Assembly: GCF_964355755.1 (NCBI RefSeq)
Contig: NC_092670.1
Coordinates: 25,220,795 to 25,284,794, forward strand
From: Antedon mediterranea
Lineage: Eukaryota; Animalia; Echinodermata
Direction of reading: 5' to 3'
DNA length: 64,000 bases
Shown here: positions 27,905-41,600 of the stretch, piece by piece
How positions within the stretch are numbered: position 1 is the first letter of the stretch
Layout of the letters: every line of letters starts with the position of its first letter
Position numbers and translations under genes: made by a program
Notes under the pieces: model-generated
The model's input: the letters and a program-made list of their open reading frames with translations, nothing else
What the model was told of the DNA's origin: nothing
The model's database searches: none

Positions 27905-28845
27905 CAAGACGTATGAACTATTACTATGAGCTATGTGTGTGCATACCGTATGAACGCAAGTGACTGTGAGCAACGTGTGTGATACCGTATGAACGCAAGT
28001 GACTGAGTTACGTGTATGATACCGTATGAACGAGTATGAGCTACTGTGCGTGTGTGCATACCGTATGAACGCAAGTAACTGCGAGTGCGAGCTATGTGTG
28101 TGCATATCGTATGAACACAAGTAACTGTGAGCAACGTATGTGATACCGTATGAACGAGTGTGAGCTACTGCAAGTGTGTACATACCGTATGAATGAAAGT
28201 AACTGTGAGTTACGTGTGTGAATTGCATATGAACGAGTGTGAGCTACGTGTGTGCATACCGCATGAACGCAGTAACCGTGAGCTACGTGACGTGTGCATA
28301 CCGCATGAACGCAGTAACCGTGAGCTACGTGTGTACATATGGTATGAACGCAGTAATTCTGAACTAGGAGCTGGAGGCCTCATGCGTTTTTAGCCTTTTT
28401 CTACATAATGTTAATGCCTCTTTTCCTCTGGGCACTGCTCAGGGGCCCCTATGCTGGGTTTAGCCAGTGATCGCTCATAGCCGTTACGCCACTGTACGTG
28501 TGTATACCGTATGAACGCAGTAGCTATGATCTACGTGTGTGCATCATAGCGTATGAACGCAGTAACCCTGAGCTACGTGTTTGCATAACGTATGAACGCA
28601 GTAGCTCGCTGAGCTACGTGTGTGCATAGCATATGAACGCAGTAGCTCTGAGCTACGTGTTACGTGTGCATACCGTGAACGCAGTAACTCTAAGCTACGC
28701 GTGTGCATAGTACCGTATGAACGCAGTAGCTCTGAGCTACGTGTGTGCATACCGTGAACGCAGTAATTTTGAGCTACGCGTGTGCATAGTACCGTATGAA
28801 CGCAGTAACTCTGAGCTACGTGTGTGCATACCGTATGAACGCACA
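27905..28845. repeat. Degenerate ~38-44-bp minisatellite, interrupted at ~28365-28495
   Basis: Consensus GAGCTACGTGTGTGCATACCGTATGAACGCAGTAACTCT, ~20 copies; the interruption ends with hAT-MITE-like GTTACGCCACTG. Confidence 0.9.
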
Positions 28846-29678
28846 CAGGTTGTGTTCGGAGTTGCCGAATTTCTCATTATTTTACGTTTATATTGTGTTA
28901 TAATGTTTATATACATTATTTGTTTTTATTTTGCTATAAAGAGAAAATATTATTACAAATTGTTTTGGAGGACAAACACAAACAGCTAGCATTGTATGTA
29001 AATCACCAGCAAAAGTTATAATAACAAAATATATTCAGGATATATGCACAATCGAGTAAATTTGTTTTTCCTAATAACATAACTATATATTGCTTGTAAT
29101 TAATAAAAAGATCGCACGATTCGTTAATATAACAGTAACCAAACCAATATAGATGGTTTATCGCGGACTTTTGGCACGATAATCATGTCTGTTGTATATC
29201 ACCATTTTCCCACTCCACCCTCCAAAGCCGAAATCCTAATTGATATCCCCATTGAAAAAAAAATCCGGTCTATATGCAACGTCGATAAATTTAAAGTAGG
29301 CCTACTAGTCAAATAATAAGCGACCTTTTAGTTTTATTCATGTTCTAATGGCACTTTGGTATTGATTATGCCTACTTTATTATTGGTTTGTATCCTCTTC
29401 TCTACCTTATCACAACGACCCACTTTGCAAAACAAATCGAGGTAATCGTGTTCTCGAAAGTACTAACAATAAAAATCAGCTGATATTTTGAGCTGCAATC
29501 ACTGGCTCCTCTCCAACCCGATCAAGGGTAAGGTAATTATGAATCACGTGATCATTTGGATGGTATATTTTATTGTCGCCTTACCCATGTAGCAAACACA
29601 ACATCTGGTGAATTCCAGGTGACAACACTTCTAACATTACCTGTGTGAACGCACCATTAGGAGACGGTAGTTTCCAAC

Positions 29679-32600
29679 ATGAAGAGTTTTGCAGTCTTAG
29701 CTTGCTTGTTTGTTCTCGCTCAATCCCGTACTTTACCAGTTCCTAAAGTTTGGGAAGAATGGGATCACGATGAACCAATCTTTGTGTAAGTATTATTGTC
29801 GATGAGATTGTCCAAAAATTATAATTTTAAAATTATTTTTAATTCAGGTATAAATAATTTGGACAATAACGGTTTTGTTGTGGTTATAAAAATTTACGCA
29901 AACGTATGTGTTCGCGGGAAGAGTATACTATATATATATTACTCTTCCCTACTGTATTCTTTGCACACGCTAGGGTAAGACACTGCAAAGATAATTATTT
30001 TTCGTGTAAGTGAATGTGAATATATTTCAGTCAATCATTGAAAGCATTGATAATAGAAAAATAACAATTTTGAAAGCGATTTTTCCTCAATGCTTTGGTA
30101 ATTACTTTGACGTAATGTACTGAATTCTTGATAAACCTACATTGACAACTACATCTATATATAAATTTACGTAAGGGCAAAATTCGGTAAATCGCAGTTT
30201 ATTTCTAGAATTTTTACTCGATGGTATATAAAGTTGGTTCGTACTTTCGGTACTGATTTTAACCATTTGATGTAACCATGTTTACTAATTAAATTGAGTT
30301 AGATAATTAGTTATTGACAATTAAAACGAATTTAGGTTCAACGATTTGCCCTAAATAGGGGTGTTTCGTGGTCGTGGTATACACTGTCTAATGGATGTCC
30401 AACTTGAAAAATACCCGCAGACAATAATGCGAGGATGCTTCGCATTTTCCTATCTCCTCCTACGATAATTGTTTTTAATAGCTGAAAACCGGTTGAACGG
30501 CTCGAGTACAGCATCATAATGTTGAAGACAGGCCGATTTTCTTTAAAAAATACTATTTTTATAGATTTAATATACGTTTATACAAATGTTTTGATCTGCG
30601 ATAAATGGAACATTCCAATCTCTGTTCCACAAGTGTCTATTCCCTCAGGCGTCATAAAGACAAGTACTGTACAGCCATAACAGAAATTCGATACACTTTT
30701 TTCCAATCTGTGGAATCTTTTTTTTAACGCATAATGAGCTAGCCTTTCCAGTCGCCGTCTATTATGTACAATCAAATTTATTATTGCAGCTAAACCACCA
30801 CCAACACCACCACCCTCCCCTCACTGGCATGAGTAGCGTTGTAAAGCCAGTAGAGGGCAGGCCTACAGTACGAATGATCAGTACATGCCCTAAACGCAGA
30901 ACAACTTTTCAATACAAGTTGGGTAGTGGGTAGCATAATTGGCTCTATGAAACAATTAACCATTAGGCCTACTAATTAAGTTGAGTTAGATAATTATTTA
31001 TTGACGATTAAAGCGAATTTACGATTTGCCCCGAATAGAGGTGTTTAATATATTACTGACAGTTCCTTCTGAACGTTTGTAATCATGTAACTTCAAAAAA
31101 ATATAAACGTCGTATTAGTGATGTATCGTTACATGTACTGTACTATTTCAATCGACTATGACGGTGACAGTTTCAACAAAGTATTAAATCGCAATGTTTT
31201 ACTGTGTTTACTGGTATATTATTTGTAAAACATGAAAACAATTCATATTTCGTTACTAAATCGATAAAGAATATATTTAAAAATTGTTCGTCTTTGCATC
31301 CATCCTCTTCCCCATCCCTCAACCCAAATGTTACATACAAAACACAAATTCAGTTTGTTTCTTATTTTGTGACAAGTTTCTTTTTCGGAAGTAATTCCCG
31401 GGGTGCTAATTTTAGTTGAGTACATAAATCACTGTGTCTATTTATTCGTTCCTGTAAACAACATGTATTATTGTCCTGCATGTGCATTTGAAGTCGCCAG
31501 TTTTTTAAACGCTGAAATTAGTATGTATTCGAGAACCATCTGTGGGCACGACCTAGATGGTACGCGAGCGAAGCGAGCGTACCATCTAGTTTTAGAAATT
31601 AAAGATGGTAGTTAAAAAAAACAACAAACATTAACAGTAGTGTTCTTTTGATTTACAGTAAACGCATTTGCGAAGAGACATTTTTTGGGTAAGTGTTTTG
31701 TTTGATAATCCGACATTGAATTATTAAATCAATATAGGCCTAAACTAATAGGCTAATAATGTGATTTTTTTATTTTTTGGGTGATTACAGATTAAAAATT
31801 GAAAGATGTTGCGAGGGTTGGCAAGGAGATAGATGCCGAACACGTAAGTAACCAAACGAAGTAATACAATGTAAATCAGGCCTATTACGGTTTCTGTTTG
31901 GCCATAAGTCAAATGCACACAAATCCACAAAATAAAATTTAGTAGGCCTATATTGGTGCAGTTTCCAATCTCACATGTTACGATATTTCCATCCTTTGTC
32001 AGTTTCTTTGATTACAGATAGAATGGTTATAATTAGGATAAAATGTCACAATTTCAGCATAGTTCATTAATTTGTACAATTGTTATCTTTGTTAATCAGT
32101 TTTATTTCTACTGGACGTATTATCTCGCGTACCATCTAGTTCGTGCCCACAGATGGTTCTCGAATACATAGTAATTCCAGCGTAAAAAAACTGGCGATTT
32201 CAAATGTACGTACGGCAGGACATTGTCGTTTACAGAAACAAATAAATAGACACAATGATTTATGTAGTCAACCAAAATTAGCACCTAGAAACTTGTCACA
32301 AAATGAGTCGAAATTTGTTATTTGGACTCATTTAAACAAACCCAATTTTGTTAAATTATTCTTTATATTTCTTTATTATCCAATCATTAACGAAATATTT
32401 TTTTATAGGCCTATAAATAATATACCACTAAATAGAGTAAAACATTTCCGATTTAATAGTTTATTAAAACTGTCACTGCCTCATGGTCGATTGAAATAGT
32501 AAAGTACATTTTAAAGACCACTAATACGTTTATATTTTTGTAATTATTAATTAATACAAACGTTGAGAAACAACTGACAGTAATAAAGTATTATATTATT

Positions 32601-35600
32601 ATGTGTTTATAATCTAAAAGTAGGGCTACCCACACTCACAGTGATACAGTTTATTAGTATAATTATTTGTTTATTATATCTAACAGTACCAACACACTTT
32701 TGATTCAAATGGCGATCAAAAGTGGTTAATACCTATTTGCAGTATTGTATAGCATTACAATACTATTTCTGTTTATTCTCCAAGGGTCTATAAATTTACC
32801 TACTTGTGTTAAACCATGGAGGTATGCAATAATTTGGAATGTTCCATTCATTGCAAATCAATACATTTCTATAAACGTATATTAAATCTATCAAAATAGT
32901 ATTTTTTAAAGAAAATCGGCCTGTCTTCAACATTATGATGCTTTACTCGAGCTGTTCAACCGGTTTTCAGCTATTAAAAACAATTATCCAAGGAGGAGAT
33001 AGGAAAATGCGAAACATCCTCGTATTATTGTGTGCGGGTATTTTTCAAGACGGATATCCATTAGACAGTGTATTCCACGATCGGAAAACACCCCTATTTG
33101 GGGCAAATCGTTGAACCTAAATTCGTTTTATTCGTCAATAACTAATTATCTAACTCAATTTGATTAGTAATCAGGGTTACATCAGGTGGTTAAAATCAGT
33201 AACGAAAGTACGAACCAACTTTATATACCATCGAGTAAACATTCTAGAAATAACGCGTGATTTACCGAATTTTGCCCTTACGTAAATTTATATATAGATA
33301 CACCGTTCTTCATTTTCGTTAAGGGCCTAACTTCTAGATTCTTTATTCTAGAAGTATAAACTAAATTTATTATGTGAATTGAGGCGTTTATATAATTGTG
33401 TTTTAGCTGTGTGCAGTTCACCATGTGTGAACGGAGGATCGTGTATCTCCCCTGACACCTGTGAATGCCCACCTGGACTTTCAGGACCAACATGTTCAGG
33501 TAAGAATGTTTAAAAAATGTCAAAATTCGAGATAATAATAGGAAAAAAAGAAGCAATGGGTCTAAAATGTAATATTTTTTCCCTTAAATTTAACACCAAT
33601 TTTTGTTCATTCTAGTTATTTAAATGCACCTTTGTTTTATGATTTATACATATATTTTATTTGTATGCAGATTTTGATGAAAATGAGTATTGCTGGACGA
33701 TGTGGAACAATCTTGATGAACCATCGACCGGCCTTGGTGACTTTGAACGCATTATTGAGCACCGTGAACAGTAAGTCCGTTTATCAATTATTATGTTTCA
33801 AGCAATTTGTATTCTCTTTCTTTAACAGTTTATATTTTTATTTGTTTTTAAATGTTTTGCCAGCGGAAATCTTTTGTTTTAAATTACTGTACGAACACAA
33901 AAGTAATATTGTTTATACGGGCAAAAGGCAACCAGATGAATGAAAGTCCAAGTGAACGTAAAGTTTGGTTCCCACTTGTGTTTACGTCATGCGTGCAAGT
34001 GGGAACCAAGCTTTAACTAAATATAATGTAGGCATTAAGCGTAAAGAAAAATTGAAAACGGATTTCTTTTCTAGGAGTAAGATCTGCCAAGGAAGCGAGC
34101 CAATTGCCATTGAATGTCGAACAACTGGTGGAATATCATGGTTCGATGTTGCACAGACAGTAACTTGTGATCTTGAGCGTGGGTTCGAATGTGAACACTC
34201 TCAGCAAAAGAGCTCCACATGCGAAGATTATGAAGTACGATTCTTGTGTTCTTGCGGAAAAGGCGGAAAAGGTACTCTATAATAAAGTTGTTTAATTTTG
34301 AATTTATGTGGTTAACCCAGTCCATTCTAAACGATGCACACAAAACCGATTATTATAAAAATGTAAATAGAAAAATACATACAAAAAAATATGTTATTCA
34401 ACGTCTGTAAACAATTCTAAAAAAACATTGTTTTTAATCGTTTTAACTATTAAGTAGAGTTACTAAAAGTATTACTATAGACATATGGGTACTCAAACGC
34501 GTTTGTTAATACTGATGAAATTAAATTCCAATCTAACCACAATTTTATTTTATTGTAGATAAAGTAGACGACAAGAAGAAGCCAGAAACTACAATTGTTT
34601 CAACAGGTGATACAACGTTAATTTTTTTTAATGAATTTAAGAATTTCCTTTGGTCAACTTAACATTGATGGTAGGCCTATTTAGTGAGGATCTTTAAGTC
34701 AAAATATAGTACAGTACACAGCTTCTTTTGACCATATTATAAATGCAACAATTAGTATTTATATGCCGAATAGTTTAAATCTACTGGAATTTGGTTTTGT
34801 ATTTATAAGAATGAATGATATAATATTATTTGGTTTTTGTTTTTAGTATCACCAACAGTTGAAAATAAAACATGTTTTATTGGCAACACATCAATCAACC
34901 CAGGAATGACTTTTAATTTCGGTTGTCGCACTTGGTAAGTCGAACATTAATATTTTAAAATAATTAAAGATGTATTGTCTCTTTGACTAATTCAAAAACA
35001 AATTTAAAAAAATATTTCGAAAAAAAGTGGGTCATTTTGAAGTATAGTTATTCACTTTCACCAAATATTAGTCGAAATATTGTTCAAAAAATACATTACA
35101 AGTAGAGTCACCAGTCAAAATTGCTAAATTATAGCAGGTATCCTGCTATACTTTATTTGCACAAGTAATTAGCAATGTTTACATAATAGATTAATCAACT
35201 GATAACATGTGTACTACAAGTTTTTACAACATATCCTAACTTTTTTCAGAAACATATTTTATCACTTTAAACGAGATAAATGTGTTCAGAAGTATTTAAA
35301 ACATACATATTTCTCTTTGATTTGTAAAAATCAGTCAAATATAACGTATTTTGAAAGTTAGAGATGTATTTAATTTCCTTGGAGCCAAGACCTTAGAAAA
35401 CAAACGCTGTTCAATCTGTTGTTTTTCCCCCACCTACCAGTACAATGCCATGCCATGCTTTGTATAGAAAATCGTTCAGGCGGAACGATCGACTTCCGGT
35501 AAAGTTTAGCAGGCTAACTCTCTCGTGACTCTGGAGAGTTTGCGGACGCAAAGCTCCATTTCCTATTCTCCCAATGTAAAGTTTAGCAGGCTAACTCTCT

Positions 35601-38600
35601 CGTGACTCTGGAGAGTTTGCGGACGCAAAGCTCCATTTCCTATCCTCCCAATGTAAAGTTTAGCAGGCTAACTCTCTCTCGTGACTCTAGAGAGTTTTCC
35701 GACGCAAAGCTCCGTACTTCCCCGATTGTTGATGCGTTAGGATGTGATGATGACGCGTCACGTCAACGACGACTGATGAAAGAAACATTTTAAAGCAGGG
35801 GTTCCAGTCGAGTGATCATGCATGTTTTCATGCATGCTGGCAACTAAATTCTACAAAAATACAGTGTTAGGGTGAAGATGGGGATCAAAGTTCAATGATT
35901 TTCGGAATAAACAAAACAATCCTTCAAATGACAACAGGCCTAAAGAAAAATAACGTCAACCGCTTGAACAAAGAAAAAGGTACGTATTATTAATATTATT
36001 GATTTATAACGATGTGTGCACTCTACTAGGCTAGGCCTAGCTAGTAAGTAGGCTAGGCTAGTAGTAGTAGTAGGCCTGGTTTAGGCCTAGCTAGTACCGC
36101 CTAGACTAGAGCCTAGCTAGGCCTAGCTATAGACTGGCCTCTAGACTCTAGCGGCCTCTACTAACTAGCCTAGTCTAGTCACTGGTCTGTGCTTGTGTCT
36201 ATGGCACACAAGGTACCGAGATCGAGTCTCACCTTGGGAAACGAAATAAGATTTTTTTTATTATCTGTATTGTTTGTTCAATTTATTTTTTAGTGTATAG
36301 ATTATAATATACACATAATTTATAATGAAATCTATATAAAATGTAAGTAATGTCTTCATTACTTATGTAACAATGTGGTTTATGACATTAGGGATCTTTG
36401 ATCGGATTGTGATACCGGCTATTGTATTCCCGTTAGCAAGATCCTATAATATATCAAAATAATTAAAGATTATGAGAAAATCAATCAATCAATATATCTT
36501 TTAAAAATTATCTTTATTTAAATCAATGCATAAACCTATAATTCGTCATAATGATTTTGATTTGTCATTTCAATGTGCTTTTCTAACCATTGGGCTTTTT
36601 GCATATAAAAGTTTATATTTCCCACTTGATTCTGTTAATGATCAATTATTACATTTTTTCCCATGCTTAAATTTGCTGGTACCAAACAGGTTAATTGGTT
36701 TAGAAATAAAGAATTCCATTTCTTTTATAATAATTTATAGTTTATTTGTAATACAAAAGAATTAGAATTCATTGTCTTACAGTACAATCAGCTAAAATGT
36801 GCAGGTACCAAATGTTAATTTGTTTAGAAATAACGAATTCCATTTTTTTTGTAAATACAAAAGAATTATAATTCATTGTCTTACTCTTACACTGTACAGT
36901 ACAATCAGCTAAACTTTATTAGAATATAGAGACATTCCACAGTAAATTGCAATCCTATTGCAACATAAGTTGACACATCATAAATTGTTTTACACCAAAT
37001 TGGAAATTTTCAGATTTTTGAATTGTATAAAAGTTGTTTTATATTATTGAAAATGCAAATTTTATGTCACAGAATTATATCAATTACCTATAATTTGTTT
37101 AAATAAACAAATCCTACAATTTTTTAGTTAGATACTGTATGTTTATAGATGTTCACTTTTTTATGATTTGCATGATCCATTTTGACATAAACCATATAGG
37201 CATGGTAATAGTATACATTCCGGCATACAGTTCTGTGAGGAAAATCAATTCAAATGGTTTGGAAATCTTTAAAAATGTTAGTGTTATTATTTTAGTATGG
37301 TGCTGTCTTTGATACTATAGCAAAATATATTTTATTGAAATAGTTACAGCATAGAGCCTTCTGAACCATTTTCAGTTCCTTTTAAAGTCCCACCCATGCC
37401 CTACGTTTTTTAGATCTAATTTAAGGGCAAAAACGACATTTAATGTAAAAACAAATACTATTTATGGTCCTATTGCGATAACTATTTTTGTCTTTACGGT
37501 TAAAAATGTGAAAAATAACTTGATTCTAATAATATTAGCGGCCTGCTATAATAAGAAAACAAAATCAAAGTAATTATTTAAATGTATAGTAATAATAAAA
37601 ATATTTGGTGCATTTGTTAAATTTAATATTAAAACAAAAAGTTACCAGTTTTAAAGTGTCTTGGCTGCAATCAGCAAAAAAAAATGTTATAATGTTTGAA
37701 TATTTGGAGTGGCCGAGCGGTTAAGACAGTGGACCGTAATTACGTAGCCATAACATCGGCAGGGTTCGAGGCGCACTCACTCCATGTTCCTGGTGGTAGA
37801 ACGAGTCTTCTCGGATAAGGACTATAAACCGTAGGTCCAGTGTACACATCTAGCTCGTGTGCACTTTAAAGAACCTAGTACATCTTTCGAGACAAGTAGG
37901 GGGTATTAGTACATCACAGCCACTGATCATCAACTGGGCCGTCTGGGAGACCAGTCTTTGACTGAAGAGGTTACCCAGTATAAATATAAATTTCAATCAA
38001 TCAATCAATATTAAATATTTATGTACTGCTGTTTTTCTTGGTTGAATCAATGTAGGAAATTAATTAATGTTACTAGTAGTACTAGTATTTTAATTAATTT
38101 TTGTTGTATGTTTTTTGTTTGTTACATTACAACAAGGAATGACCTGGTTTAATGTTTTTAAAGTAATATATGCATTATAAAACGTCAAAAATTGTAGGGA
38201 ATGGGTCTTTAACTAAGTATGTAATTTATTTAATTTTCTTATTGGCACCAAACACAACAATTCTTTTGTATTGCACAAAAGAAATCTAATTCTTTTGTGT
38301 TTGATTAGTGATTGTTCTGAGTGGTTAATGTCTGATTACCAAATTTTAAAAAGTCATTAAACAATGCAATTTAAACAGCATTCTATCTCACTTGAAGACA
38401 AAATCAACAGTAATGATAAAAAGATTTGGTACATTTGTTAAATTTAAAATTAAAACAAAAGGTTACCAGTTTTAAAGTGTCTTGGCTGCAATCAGCAAAA
38501 AAAAATGTTGTAATGTTTGAATGTTAAATATTTATCATAATATGTACTGCAGTGCTGTTTTTCTTGGTTGAATCAATGTAGGAAATGAATTAAAGTTATA

Positions 38601-41600
38601 AGTACTTGATATTTTAATTATTACAAGTTATATACAGTACTATAGTTAGTAATTATTATTATATACTGTAATAGCCAGTTGCAAACAGGTGTGAAATAAA
38701 ATAATTGTTTGTGATTTTTTATCTTTTATTATAGTGAATTAGAAGTTGTGAGGTTATGACTGAATTGCAGACATACTGAACAGGCCTGTGTTTCCAAAAT
38801 GGTGATGTTTACTCATTTTCTCAATTTTAGAAATTCATGTGCAGTTGATAGCTTTTTAGAATTGGCATTTTTCTGTTTGTTTCATAAACTTGTTACAATT
38901 CAAAGAAACCCATTTTTGGATCTTGTGTATAAAACTTGTGTGAATCGAAATCTAAACTGTCAATATGCTGTTCTGAAAGAAGTTTGTGAGCCTGTGTGGA
39001 ATTGGCTGATCAGTAAAAATAGAAGTTTCTACCCGAAAGGAAGTATCAATACGTCGTTTGAAGAAATATTGGATTATATCTCTATTACTGATGACGAGAG
39101 GAAACTGTTTTCATTAGGCATTCAAAAGATTTGTGCTTGCAAAACATCTCATACATTGTCATTATGCCCTATCTATCTTAGTTCACAATTACTCATTGAT
39201 AACAATCACAATTTACAAGCAGAAGTTGTTGATTTATAAATCAATTACTGCAGTAGTATTAATTTCTGTATAACTGTCATTATATATTTATTAACGGAAT
39301 ATTTCGTTGAATTGTAAAAAAAATGTTTAATTATTGTGTATTTTTATCCTGATATTTACAATCACATGATGAGTTAATTTCAGTGTGTCTATGGGGGCAA
39401 TACGCTTTACTCCTTGCATAATTTTAATGTGTAACATCAAGTTGTATTACTTATTCAAACAGTTGTATTAGTTTTAGTAATTTGTGATGTTGCTACTGTT
39501 GGTAACTTGCTAATCAAAGTCTTTATAAGAGAGTTGACACCACTTCTACAGTCCAAGCAGAAGTTGTTGATTATAAATCAATTACTACAGTAGTATTAAT
39601 TTCTGTATAACTGTCATAATATATTTATTAACAGAATATTTTGTTGAATTGTAAAAAAAATGTTTAATTATTGTGTATTTTTATCCTGATATTTACAATC
39701 ACATGATGTGTTAATTTCAGTGTGTCTATGGGGGCAATACTCCTTGCATAATTTTAATGTGTCAAGTTGTATTACTTATTCAAACAGTTGTATTAGTTCT
39801 AGTAATTTGTGATGTTGCTGCTGTTGGTAAATAAAATTGATATTCAGTGGAAATAATTTTAATTTCTTTTCATTTTTATTGTTGTTATATATTAGGTATT
39901 AATTTTTTAAATTTTATTATTTACTGAATTGTGCCATGGATAAATAATTATCCGTATTGTTATTTCTCCATGGTATAACAGAATATTTTATTCTGTAAAC
40001 AGGAAATACTATTGGGAAACACAGAAAGATAAGCAGGGGGTTAGTGTGATTATTGGAATAGCTAAAATTAAATTTAGAAAAATACTGCGATACAGAGTAA
40101 CTTTTTAAGTACTGGGTGGATTTTTTCGCAAAAAAGTATGTAATGATTCTTTTGATTAAATATATTCAAATTAGAATATAGAATATTCATAATATCAATT
40201 AAAATAATACGGAAAATATAATCAGCCAAACATTTGTTATCTATCATTTCCCCATACAGGAAGCTGTATGACCTCGAGCGTACTTAATCCTTTTTTTCCA
40301 CTTTCACTGGTGACTCTACTTGTAATGAACTTTGACTTCCAGTCAAAGTTTTCGATCAAAACATATCTCATAATGCATCGCGCTTGTTTGGTTACTCTGT
40401 ATGCATCATAATCATGAAACTTCCTCGCGATCTGTGAGAACACCTTCTCAACCGTGACGAGTTGTAAGCAATCCTAATTATTATTATTTATTCAGGCAAA
40501 AGATACATTTTACAAATAGAATCATGTATAACCCATACTCGTGGTTTTAAATCTTTTCGCGACGATTTTCCAGACGAAATGTAATTAAATTAATTTACCT
40601 GTTAATTACGTAAACTCGAATTTTAGACTTAAAATGAATAACTTTAATATTACTTTGATATGATCAATTTAAATTTAGAATATTTTGACCTTCATTTTGT
40701 GTGTTTCAAGGGACAATACATCTTTAAATAGTAAAAATTAAAAACAGTGGAGTAAAAAATGGTACACTTTCTCCACGCAATTGTAGTTGAACATTGGCGG
40801 CGGTAACACATTTCTCGACTGAGAACAGGTTGTGCCTGGTCATCGTGTTGGAGTTGTTTCGTAATCGTAGAAATCGCAACGCGCGCAACGACAGTTACAA
40901 TTTTGAACAAGGAAAAATGCACGTGAATGTTTACAATAAAGTAGTTTTGCTGTTAATTATTTTACAGTAACTGCTCAATTGATGGAACATGGCTTTGCGA
41001 GATGAACTCAACCTGCATGGTGAACGAAACATGTAAGAATTATTTATTACCTAGTCCTAGGGCCTAGTAGCACCAGCTGGGCTTAGCCTCTACTCAGATC
41101 AGATGGAGGAATTAGCCATGATCAATGGGTCTGCGGTGGTGTAAGACAGTCTATGTCTGAGGCTGACCATGGTATTGTGTTCAAAGCAGAGAGACCCTGA
41201 CTGATTTTATATATCATTAAAAAAAATACTCCTAAACGATATTATTAATAATGGATAGTTTTTCAAAAATAATTTTTCCATTCTAGTCACACCAGGACTT
41301 TGCGAGGTGAACATGACAACAATTATCCGTGAACAAGACATCACCACCATCGATTGTAATGTTTGGTAAGTTCAATGAATGATTTCATTTTAACATGTAA
41401 TATAACTTGTAGCTCTAGCAAAAACTGTAAAGTGTTTTCCAAGGTTGAACACTGGTTAATCATTTTAATTCATTTGTCTGCAGCGTGTGTACTAACAGCA
41501 GCAGTCTTGCATGCACCAAGATGATCTGTCCAGCAAAGAGTGATGCTCTTATGACACCAATGTCTTCCCGCTGTTACGATAACGAGGGGCTACCTTATGA

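Larger units (their letters stand above)
35099..40322. mobile_element. 5.2-kb TA-flanked TIR element, superfamily uncertain, no transposase seen
   Basis: TIR CAAGTAGAGTCACCAGT / ACTGGTGACTCTACTTG with TA on both sides (35097-35098, 40323-40324); internal ~77-bp x3 tandem (35499-35713) and direct duplications (37600-38070 vs 38420-38600; 39215-39510 vs 39555-39830). Confidence 0.65.
34968..40723. mobile_element. Kolobok-like MITE (~0.5 kb of own sequence) carrying a nested insertion
   Basis: TTAA TSD (34964-34967, 40724-40727); TIR AGATGTATTGTC / GACAATACATCT with AG...CT ends. Confidence 0.7.

Noticed and set aside
27839-28989. His/Thr/Cys-rich ORFs on both strands
   Set aside because: Translations of the degenerate minisatellite; no splice or domain support.
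32785-32821. AG/GT-bounded candidate exon inside Helitron-like copy B
   Set aside because: Not needed for frame; its 37 nt would break the 31843->33407 in-frame junction.
37705-37785. tRNA gene (also 52359-52440, 53220-53250, 57883-57940)
   Set aside because: A/B boxes are present but there is no complete cloverleaf, and the heads continue into SINE bodies or are fragments.
37386-38208. Second Kolobok-like MITE (TTAA-AG...CT-TTAA) nested in the TA element
   Set aside because: The TIR match is short and gapped; plausible but not well enough supported to list as a feature.
35094-40327. P-element assignment (CAT...ATG ends) for the nested element
   Set aside because: No 7-8-bp TSD; the longer apparent IR is explained by a TA duplication within the palindromic target CATTAATG.
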